From: Octopus bimaculoides | Lineage: Eukaryota | Direction of reading: 5' to 3' | Assembly: GCF_001194135.2 (NCBI RefSeq) | Contig: NC_068987.1 | Location: 23,930,215-23,963,095, forward strand | Length of the DNA: 32,881 nt | In this document: positions 1 to 12,100 of the stretch, piece by piece | Layout: every line of letters begins with the position of its first letter | Numbering within the stretch: the first letter of the stretch is position 1 | Made by a program: the position numbers and the translations under genes | Notes under the pieces: generated by a model | Seen by the model: only the letters and a program-made list of their open reading frames with translations | Databases searched by the model: none | Told to the model about the DNA's origin: nothing

Positions 1-63
<63 letters not shown>

Positions 64-101
64 ATACACACACACACACACAAATATATATATATATATA
101 T
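1..101. repeat. Compound (TA)n/(TG)n/(TATG)n/(CA)n microsatellite
   Basis: Seen directly; abuts the first exon acceptor. Confidence 0.95.
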
Positions 102-109
102 GCTTGCAG

Positions 110-192
110 GTGATTTTTTCAACAGTTGTCTCATATTATTTGAAACTCCATGAGAAAAATAACTTTGTTGTTATTGGAAATATTCCATCTGG
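110..192 (+). CDS. SLC26 exon (83 nt): [27 protein letters not shown](G)
   Basis: cag|GTG ... GG|gtaag. Same length as human SLC26A4 exon 8 (c.919-1001). Confidence 0.92.
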
Positions 193-3100
193 GTAAGATT
201 AAAATTTTAATGCTGTATTAAAAATGTTGATTTAATTGCTTCAACATCAGAAATAATCACAATAAGTAGAAATAATTTGATTAAGGAAAAAAATATTTAG
301 GTTTAGTTAACTCTAAATATTTCTGTCTTGTTACTCATTATCTGTAGTCAAATTATATCCTTTGGCATTGCTTGTTGGTCCTTTAGAAACTAGTTTATTA
401 TTTAGAAATCATTGTCCTCTTCATCATTGCTTTAACATCTACATGCCCTTCCTGTTGTCCACCCTCACCTGTTTCCAAGCAAGGTAATATTTGCTCATGA
501 CCACACAAGTTTCTGCACAATATTGGAAATGGACGTCACTGCTTATATCACAGACACTCATTTGTATGATGTCAAATCAAGGAAACACAAACATGCACAC
601 ACTCACATGCATGCATGAATACATACATACATACATGCATACATACATACACATTCATACACATATTTTGTGATGGGATAGTATAGAATATTTAAACAGA
701 AAAAATGTGTGACTGTATGTACTCATTCATGCACATACTTGATAAATAGTACATTGAATGCCCCCCCCCCCCAAAAGAAACAATCATTATTCGCATATGG
801 TTATCATCTGGTAGCATGTACTATGTTTTTGCTAACTATTTTTGATATCTATATATATATACTAAAAACACTGATATCCTTCTGGTAGATCTGCCTTTAA
901 CCCAGCAGAACATTCAAGATGTGACAGCTGGAGAGAGGCAGAAGGCTACACCAATTTCTGGCTGGTTATCCTGCTGAAGGACATAATACACTACCCAATT
1001 CAGGAACCGAACCCATGACCATGAGCCCAGCATCTTATTCATTATGCCATGTGCCTTCACTGCTCCAGAAAATGTGATAAATTGATTATATAATTATAAA
1101 AATGACTGTTACTGTTACACTACACCCTAGTAGACTTTACTGTTACACTACATATTGTGGCCTTTACTGTTACACTGTAATCTCCTGTAGCCAAACTAAT
1201 AAGAGTGGGGTTCAGACAGTACATCAGCCAAGGCCCTGAAAACCAAGGAGAAAGCCTTTAAATATCCGATGGTTCCCCTTATTAAAAAGGAGAAAATAAC
1301 TGATAACCCTCTTGTATTTTGAAAGGTCCTTTCGTTTCTCAGGCTCCAAAAGCAATTTTAGGCTACCTTGAAAATTTTCTGTCTGTGTCCTGAATTGTCA
1401 TATCATCTGCTTCTGTTATATTGAATGTCTCTGCCATAAACACATTGCCTGAAACACATTGGACTACATCTTAATTTTTGACTGATTCTTAAATCATATT
1501 CCCCATAATTTCACTCCAATTTCCACTCACTTCAGTTACACCACCCCACAGTATAGTTATCATAGTTACACATAACTACTGGCTTTTTGCCACAACACCC
1601 TACACTTTTCTCACTTCAGAGACACTCAACACTTGCCCTTGCTTAGTCACATAACATTGAGCTACACACAACTTAAGCACATCACACTTTTCCCATTTCA
1701 GACACTCAAGGTGACACTCATCTCAGACACACTACACTTTATTTAATTCACTAAGTTCCCAACTCCTCTGGATTTTTTTTTTTTTTAGTCTTATTCCTTC
1801 AGTTGTTGGATGTTTGCTTTTAAATATTTATTATGACTACCAAGACCTACATCCAAAATTGGTTCCACCTTGACATATACCCTAAAACCCTAATTATAAC
1901 AGTGACCTCTGATCCAACAAATAGCCAAATATTTTCAAACTTTATCAGTTCTAATATTCCTTAAGTTGCTTGTTACCATACTTCTATCGAAATACACCAC
2001 CTTCATTTCACTTTTTGAAAATAATGAATTTAGTAAAATAACTTTTTTCATTATTAAGCAGGTGTTTGCAACATATATTAATATAAAATTTTGATAGGTT
2101 TTAATTTATATTACTTTAAAGCAGGAAATTTGCACCAAAGACAGTCTCTTGTGGGTTGGTATCAAAAGGGTGAACATGTATTTACTGTTATGTTACCTAT
2201 TTTTAGTTAAAACTCTATAAAATTTCCTATCTTGTTGATAAAGTTTTGTTTCTCCATTCCCTTTGTCTTCCAGGTTGCCTATGCCAGTTATGCCTGACAT
2301 CTCTTATGCTGCAGATTACATTTCTCAGAGTGTCATAATTGGTCTTGTAGCCTTTGCTCAGTCAATATCTGTTGCTGTTATAATTGCACGGAAAGAAGGC
2401 TACTACATCAATGCTAATAAGGTAAGCTGTTTTTCCAATCAGACATCAATCTGTGTTATGGTGGTGTATTAATGATGAAGCACACCAATTGCACTTAAAA
2501 TATGAATGCTGCTTAGCCCAACTAATTAGGGAGAGAGTCAGTCTAGACGTAATGCAGTTTGGCTTTGTGCCAGGGAAAAGCACCACTGATGCTATATTTC
2601 TGGGAAGACAGATGCAGGAGAAATACCTAGCCAAAGATAAACCTTTTTACCTGGCTTTCGTTGACATGGAGAAAGACTTTGACAGGGTTCCCTGATCCCT
2701 TATCTGGTGGACAATGCAGAAACTAGGGATAGATGAGTGTTTAATGAGAGCTGTACAAGCCATGTACAGGGATGCTGTCAGTAAGGTGAGGGTTGGCAAC
2801 GAGTACAGTGAAGAATTCCGGTTAGGAGTAGGAGTCCACCAAGGATCAGCCCCCTCTTATTCATCATAGTCATCCAAGTAATAACAGAGGAATTCAAGAA
2901 TCGAAGGGCCTTAGAGTCAATCTAGCAAAAACCAAAGTCTTAATAAGTAGCAAGGCAGACAAACCACAAATCCCTTCAGGTAGATGGCCCTGCTCAACCT
3001 GTAGAAAAGGCGTAGGTAGAAACTCCATAAGATGTACCCAATCTATGCTATGGACACATAAGAGGTGCAGCAATATCAAAAGAAGGCTAACTGGGAAGTA

Positions 3101-6100
3101 AAGGTAGACTGCATGATGCATGCATGCAAACAGCCATGCTACATGGCAGTGAAACATGGGCCATGACTACTGAGGACATGCATAAGCTTGCAAGGAATGA
3201 AGCTAGTATGCTCCGCTGGATGTGTAAAGTCAGTGTGCATACATGATAGAGTGTAAGTGCTCTGAGAGAAAAGTTGGACATAAGAAGCATCAGTTGTGGT
3301 GTGCAAGAGAGACAACTGCACTGGTATGGTCATGTGTTGCATATGGATGAGGACAGCTGTATGAAAAAGTGTCACACCCTAGCAGTAGAGGGAACCTGTG
3401 GAAGAGGTAGACCCAGGAAGACCTGGGATGAGGTGTTGAAGGACGACCTTCAAACATTGGGCTTCACCAAGACAATGACAAGTGACCGAGACCTTTGGAG
3501 ATATGCTGTGCTTGAGAAGACCCGGCAAGCCAAGTGAGACCGTAAGCATGGCCTATGCCAGTGCAATATAACCAGCCCATTTAAGAGTACCCTTCAATCA
3601 TTGGACAATAAACTGCACTTGCGAAGACCTGTTGGGGTAAGTGAAGCATAGGTTAGATAGTTCAACAGGGTCTGATAAGCTAGATGACTGCACTGAGCTC
3701 CAATGTATGCTTTGACAGTGTTTTCTACAGCCAGATGCTCTTCCTAATGCCAACCACTTTACAGAAGCCACTAGACAGAGTGGAGGTGTAGTATTAAGGG
3801 AGGTGACTCTATGTCAAGTCTTGAGAGGTTAAAGTAGGATAAAGTGACAGGAACAGGTGTCTTGCTGTAGAGGAGAGGCATGACTACTCCAGCTTATGTC
3901 TGTCTCTCTCTCTCTCTCCACCTCTTTCTAAATTCAATAACATCATCATCATCATCATCATCAGTGTTTAACATCCGCTTTCTATGCTAGCATGGATTTG
4001 ACATCGAGCTGGCCAGCTGGGAGATGTTCGGGGTCCAATTGTCTGTGGTAGCATGGTTTCTACAACTGGATGCTCTTCTTAACACCAACCACTTTCGTAT
4101 TCAGTTCTGAATACTTTGTACATGCCACTGGCATGGGTGCATTTACACAACACCAGCACAGATGCTTTTATGTGGAACTGGCCACATAGCCCAATATACT
4201 TTTTTTGCCATGCATCTGTGTAAAATATGTGACGGTCAATGCTGGAACACTTTAATCATAGGTCTGCTCAATCAGGGCTGACTTGGAGCCAAGGGCTAAA
4301 CATCAATAACATGTAAACATTACAATCTTCTATTTCTTCTGTTTATGCAAAAATTTGGGAGAAGAGAACTAGTTGAACACATTGACCCCAGTGTTTTACT
4401 GGTGCTTAATTTATTGACATCAAATGGATGAAAGGCATAGTTGATCTCAGCAGTATCTGAATTCAAATAATAATAATAATAATAATAATAATCCTTTCTA
4501 CTATAAGCATAAGGCCTGAAATTTTTGGGGAAAGGAAGCTAGTTGATTACATCAATCCCATTGATCAACTTGTACTTATTTCATTGATTCTGAAAGGATG
4601 AAAGTCAAAGCTGATCTTGGTGGAATTTGAACTCAGAACATAAGGACAAACAATATACAACTTAGCAGTTTATCCCACGTGCTAATGATTCTGCCTGCTT
4701 GCTACCTTAATAATAATGATAATGATAAAGACAATAATGATCCGAGTTAAATGCACATAACAAGGTGTTACTATAAATTCCTTAGCAGTTCCAGTTGTTA
4801 TTTACAGTTTCAATGTGTTGGACTAGAATATGAGTGAAATAAGGAAGATTGACAGGAAAATCCTTAAGCTGCCAACTTGCAATAAGATGCACCACTCAGA
4901 GGCAGATACAGATCATCTTTACCTTCCCAGAGTCCAAAGAAGTTGAGGCATGATTGAATTTGAAATCTCTTACAAAACCACTACTATTGGACTGGCCAAA
5001 TATCTTGAAATATCTATCAACTGGATGCTAAACCTCGTTAAAAACCACAAGTGACATAAGAAGCTTCATTCTGTCATGAAGGAGAGCAAAAAATTTACTA
5101 ATGAATTCATGCATAATGTCCAGATTGAACAGCATGATGGAAGTGTAGCAACTGTTGTTGCAAAGAAGGTGAAATCAATGGCAAAGTAAAAAGCATTTGA
5201 ACAAAAACCTCTGCATGGCAAATATGTGGCCCATAGCAAACAAGCTGATGTAGACCAAAAGCACACCCACTAGTGGCCATGGAGCTCAAGGTAAATGAAC
5301 AATCTGGTGTGTTTATTTTAATGGCCTCCCAATGTAGACAGTGAGTTTCTTTGTCCTAGATATTGGAAAGAAGAAGACATATTTACCAGTTTTATACCTG
5401 AAGTTTATTGTCTTGTTTTTTGCAGGAGTTAATTGCATATGGGGCTGTCAACATCATATGTCCTGTATTTAGTTGCTTCACTGCAGCTGGTGCACTTTCT
5501 CGTACAACTGTACAGTTTTCCAGTGGGGGTAAGTCTCAGGTAAGTAAATATTACTTTCATTCTAGCAATAATAAGAAACATAACAAAGCATCATATTGCT
5601 GTCTCACCTTAGAATTGACAAGGTCTCATCAATGATGGAAATATCCTATTGGATATAAGTTTGAAACTCCATAATTTTCTTTTATTTACTGAGTCTGGGG
5701 GAAGGGACAGTACCCATGGATTTTTTACAAACTCTCGTTGTCATTGAGGTTGATGCCATTAATATTCCTCTTGAACATTTGCAGGTCAATACCTGTGACA
5801 AAGATATGAGCTGGGAGAGAATTTCAATGGAAAACCTCCTGCAGAACAAAGACAAGTGTGGTGATTAGTACAGGGTTGAAGATGGGGACACATCAAGGGT
5901 ATGAGAAGAGGAGAAATGAATGGGTCAGGAATACCTAAATGTCGGTGACCTTAGTCCAGCCAGCTCTGAGGAGCAGAGTTATAGTAGTGGCAGGAAAATC
6001 AGAGGGAGGAGACAGCATGCTTGTGAATCAGAAGCTGGGGCATGTTTGTGAGTGACTTTATAACTATCACTCCAGTGACCTTTTTCTGGATGTGGTGTAG

Positions 6101-6102
6101 GA

Positions 6103-6135
<33 letters not shown>

Positions 6136-9100
6136 TCAACAACAGCACTGTTCCAGACATGAGAGTAATACTTCTCAATGAAAGGTACCTACTGACAGGT
6201 GTCTAATGAAGTTCTGAGGGAAGATTGTATTATGAGAGATATTTGATCATTGCTTTTTTTATGACAGATGTCTGATGGAAGGTGTTTAACAAGATATCTG
6301 TTGATAGCTGTTTTATAAGAGATGTCTGGTGAAAGTTGTTACATAAGGACAGATGTCTAATGACATTTGATAAAATGACAGCTGTCTAACAATGTTTGAT
6401 AGAATGACAGATATCTAAAGAATGACATATGTCTAAAGAAGTTTTATAAAATGCTTTCTATCTGATTCCTATTGTAAATGCATAAATATATTCATGTCTA
6501 TAGGTACCTACATTCAAACTAAGAATGTTCAAAGAACATTCTTAACCTGTTCATTAATTCATTGTTAATTATCTCATGAAACAAAGGAATTCTAGAATAC
6601 TTCATACAAATAAATGTTATAATTATTAGCTGAGAATATCATGGCTTCTGTTTGGTTTGTTATTATCTATGATTCTCTCACTAGGACCTTTTAAGTTAAG
6701 CATTATCAATTTCTTTTGCTTGAACTGTCTTATTATGTCATGAGATAGTGTTAATAAACACACTATTCCACATCCAAAAATGCTATTCAGCTGATTATCC
6801 ACACTACAGCCTCACTAACCAACACACTACAGCCACAGAGAAGCAGTTTCTTCATTCTGTTCCTTCTACTCTGCTATAATGGCTTCTACTTTTCTGAACT
6901 TACAAGTTATGTACCAACTTCACACTGGCTCACTCAGTGCACAACTCTTTTTCTGTGTCTCACTCCACAAATTCTACACAAAAAAATTTTGCCCATTCCT
7001 TCTTTGTCAAAGCTTCCAATTCTCTGGAATTTTCTTCTTATGCATGTTTTACATATACACATTAACTGTCAGATATTCAACCTGAATATCAACCTTATCA
7101 CTCTCCAAAATCTAACTGCAGAAGTTATGGGCATGCTCCTTCAACTAAATGACAAATAAAAACAAAATATGTTCACATTTTACAAGTTAGAAATAGGAAG
7201 GACATCTGGAAGTAAATTACATTGCCTCAGTAATATACAAATGTCTGAATTTGTTTAAAAAGAAACAAACAAAAAATACAGTTCATCCATGTGAGAACAG
7301 GAAAAATGAATGTAAAACAGTAATATATAAAATCCTCTTCTAAGATGCATCATTTCTTTGTAGATACATGGTTCAAAAGTCAAGTTAAACTTTTTAAAAA
7401 AGTTAGGGTTAATATGAAGATGTTTGTGAAAGGCAGATTTCACAACAAATTGAATTTTCTCATTTCCAGATTGCCAGTCTGTTTGGAAGTTTTTTTGTCT
7501 TGCTCATGATTCTAGTTGCTGGACCCCTTCTGAGGCCTCTTCCAAATGTAAGTCTTATAGTTATTTTTCTCTCCTAAAACTTGTGCTTTTCTGGACCCTT
7601 CTCTCTCACTTTAACCCCTCATCCCATAGTATAAATTTGCCCTTATCTCTACTGTCGTTGTGCTCAGTCAAAAGAGATCCTATTCTTGCAGACTGCATGA
7701 GATCCTCACTGATGCTGGTACCACAAAAAATGTATCCAGTATATTATGTAAAGTGATTGACATTAGGAAGATCCTCCAGCTATAGAAACCACACCAAAAT
7801 AGACATTGGAACATGATGCACTTCTTGAACTCATTGAATCCTCTCAAACTGTCTAGCCCATGCTAGCATAGAACATGAACGTTAAATGGTGGTGGTGGTG
7901 GCGGTGGTTTTGGCAACGACAATGATGATGATGATTTCTCCATGCAAGGTAGCAGATAAGCAGAATCATTAGAATCTACCTTGTGGTATTTATCCTTGCA
8001 TTATGAGTTCAAATTCCATCAAAGTCATCTGTGCCGTTCATTCTTCTGAGATCAATGAATATAATTACCAGCCCAGGGAGGTTGAATGGTGGAAATGTTG
8101 GAACACTGGAAAAGACACCTTGTGGCATTTGTTCTGACTCTTTGTATTCCAAGTTCAAATCTTGTTGTGGCTTTCTTGAGTGGCAGACTTAATCTATCAC
8201 CTTGATTAACACCACCACCTGACATCTTGGATACCTTTAACAGAAAAATCCATTCTGCTGCAAGCATTCAGGCCAGGTCTCTAGTTTGAGGATACCTTTG
8301 TCCTTCACTCCACCAGTTTTTTAGGCCTTGCAAAGGAGGTCATGAGCACCACTGGAAAAAAATATCTGTGATGAAATTATTTTAAATTGCTTTGTGGAAC
8401 CTTGGGCAACTGTCTTCTACTATAGCCTCAGGCTGGCCAAAGCTTCGTGAGTGGATTTGGTAACCAAAAATTGAAAAAGTCCAACAAGCGCAGGCATGGC
8501 TGTGTGGTGAGAAGCTTGCTTCCCAATCACATGGTTCCAGGTTCAGTCCTACTGTGTGGCATCTTGGGCAAGTGTCTTCTACTATATCCTCGGGTTGACC
8601 AAAGCCTTGTGAGTGAATTTGGTAGATGGAAACTGAAAGAAGCCCATCGTGTGTGTCTTTGTGTCTGTGTTTGTTCCCATCACCATTGTTTGACAACCAG
8701 TATTGGTGTGTTTACATCCCTGTAACTTAGCAGTTCAGCAAAAAGACTGGTGGAATAAGTAACCGGCTTACAAAGAATAAGTCCTGGAATTGATTTCTTT
8801 GACTAAAAGGTGGTGCTCCAGCACCAAATAACTGTTTCAGTCAAATAACTGAAACAAGTAAAAGAATAAAAGAATGTACATCATCATCATCATCATTTAA
8901 TGTCCATTGTCCATGCTGGCATGAGTTGGACAGTTTGATGGGCTGGCATGCTGGAAGGCTACACCAGGCTCCATTCTGATCTGGCATGGTTTTCTATGGC
9001 TGGATGCCCTTCCTAATGCCAACCACTCCAAGAATGTAATGGGTGCCATTTTCATGACACCAGTATCTGCTACAACTGTGATTTTTCTGGGTTTGATGGG

Positions 9101-12100
9101 TTTTCTTCTCAAGCACTACATAATGCCAAAAGTCTTGGTCATTGCCTCTGTGAGGCCCAACATTCGAAAGGAGCTCAGCCACTTTGCCTCCATGAGGCCC
9201 AACGCTTGAAAGGAACTTAGCCACCTTGCTTCTGTGAGGTGTGTGTGTGTGTACATATATATATAAATATATATAAATATATATATAAAAGAATACAAAA
9301 ATAGAACAAGAACACAACAGGTGACAACAAAACATCCAGACAGCTAGATGATACAAAAAAAGGACAAGAAAAAACAAGGACAGATCATTCAGAGTTTTCT
9401 ATCTTCAGTCAAGTTCTGGATCTTCTCAGCATAATAATCAGAGTAATTTTCATAGTTTTACTGAATTAGGTGCATATTCTGCCATAAAAGGAAAATGTTA
9501 CTATCGAACTATTTTATTCAGGGTAAGAACTGCCTACCTTATCTACCCAGGCGGCACGTCCCTGGTATGTATATATGTATGTGCATATAAAAAATTTTAT
9601 AATTTATACATATCTATGAGTATGTGTGTATGCATAAGAATGTGTCTGTATATAGTTATATATATATATATGCATGTATTTGTTTTGTATGTATATTTGT
9701 CTGTGTGTATCTATCTATATATACATATATATATGTGTGTGTGTATGTGTATATATGTATATGTATAATGTGGGTATATATGGTATGTATATATATGTGT
9801 ATATATGTATGTATATATGTATATTCATGTTGTTTTGTTTATCTTAATTTGCACAGTTCTCCCTTCAATAAACTACATAAATAAGGACCATTATTTGTTA
9901 GTTACTCTGAATAATCTTTATATCAATAACAATAAATAAATGAGAGAGTTATTATATATTATCATTATATATAATTTATAGATATTTTCTTTGCGTAATC
10001 ATAAATATATGTAAAGTAACAGCTGTAATTTGTCTGACCCATGCCGGCAAATGGTTAAAACATTGATGATATTACTTTTAATTAATATCTTTGTTATAAA
10101 CTTGTTGCAACCGTCTTTTCTCTCATCAAAGTGTGTCCTGTCCTCTATCATCCTGGTATCCCTGAAGTCAATGTTGAAAGAGATCTGTACATTAAAACGA
10201 TTATGGCGTATCAGCCCCTGTGACTGTGTAAGTATTTCTTATATCTGCTTTCTAGATCAAAGTAATTGATTTACAACATAGCAGTGGAATTCATTCATTT
10301 AGACACATGCCTGACCTGCTAGAAATAGCGATCAGTGTTCCCTCAGATCACACACCTAAATAGGAAGAACACATTGAACAGTGTGGTCCTAGATAAGACA
10401 CAATGTAGTTGTGAAAATGAAAAAATGGGTTGGTCATGGTTGGAATGTCTCTTTGTTCAAAGGCTTGTTCATAAAGGCTGATCTAATGCTAAACAACACC
10501 TGCAACAACCAAAAATTCACTGAGTTACCCCACATACCCTGACTTGCCTTATATTCACTAACTTAGCACAAATACCCTAATTTTCCCCATATTCACTCAC
10601 TTATCCTACGTACTCCTATTACCTCACATTCACTGGTCATACCTTGCATGCACTAACTTACCTTCGCATACACAGACTTGCCTGTATGATACAATGGGTT
10701 ATGGCTGTGCTTCTCAAACTGACCAATACCTTGCCCCACTATCCTCACCATCACCACCTTCAACTCTACCAATCCTACCACCACCAGAATATTATAGAAA
10801 TTAACCCCATCCACCCACACATTCACACTTTTATATTTAGGAGTAGACAAAATAGAGTTTGCATCCAAATAACCTCCTTTTATTAAACATGGCAATTTGT
10901 CCATCTTTTTTTTTTTTGTCAATCCTCACCCTACCCCCAACATCACACTGCTCCGGTGGGAAACACTGGGTTTTGTAAGGGACTTATTGTTTATGACAAC
11001 AAGTTCATGTCAACTGTAATTCATTCCGATTCCAATTTGATGTAACTAAGCTAGTTAGATACTTTACTGAATCTAGAGCCACCTTGACAGCACTATTAAT
11101 TCCTGGGGAAAAGTAATGCCCTAGGGTTTGTAGCATTAGCTGTTGGCTGCAAGCCACAGCATACATAGACGAGCATAGGAATGTTTGTCTAGACTCATGG
11201 GGATTTTGGTAACAGCTCAGCGTGCCCTCATCTTAAGATGTTACTGACTGTATCCTATATAAGAGGTCTGTTGTTTCAAAAGGATACATATTTAATCACA
11301 GAATGTTGTTGACAAGCTATGTATGTAAGGGTTCCTATCATTATTTTATTACCACAGAGAGTGAGGTCATTAAGAATCTAATGAAGTCTATCTAGGATTC
11401 TGTACAGAATCCTAGATGGGTTAGTATATTTGTAGTAAACATCAGTAGCAATATAGAATTAAGTTTATTTTAATGGGAATTATTGATATTATTTTAAAAC
11501 AAGAATATTGTATTATAGAACCAGGGATGATCACTGGCAGGATTTTGTCATCTCAGTTATCAAAATATTCCTGTTTTTTTCATTGCAGGTTATATGGATT
11601 GGTACATTTCTAGCAATTATTCTCACCACCATAGAATTAGGTTTAATTATTGGCATTGGAATTGGAGTTGCTACTATTCTCATCCGAACACAAATGTAAG
11701 CAAAGTTTTCTCTCTTAGTCTCCACCACTTGTTCTTTCTCTAGCTGACCCTTATATGACTTGTCATGATAAATAGAGCAGATGTACGAAATGTGATATAT
11801 TTAATTTTTGTTGATCAAATTCTTTATTTATTTCTTTTTCTCTTTGCTATAACTTATTTAACCCATTCATGCCGATCGATCGTCCTTTTAAACTGACACT
11901 TAATTTATAAGGGTATAAAGCAAATACTTGATACAAATTGTGTTTTGTGTATGATCTGTATCAAAGAATGAAACATGTTCTTAACGCATATGCAGCCTGT
12001 ATCAAACGAATTTCAATGAAATTTTTGCAGTTGTTATTTAGGTCAAAATAGTAGTAATTGTCTTAATTTTCAGACAATTTCATTCACTTGAAACATTTCG

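Noticed and set aside
9624-9884. ORFs rich in Y/I/C/V/H/T (also 491-673, 16372-16563, 23433-23636, 28045-28725)
   Set aside because: These are translations of TA/TG/CA microsatellites.
10653-10922. 89-aa minus-strand ORF ending at a consensus donor AAG|GTAAGT
   Set aside because: Low-complexity G/T-rich degenerate repeat with few possible stop codons, no convincing acceptor and no recognisable domain.
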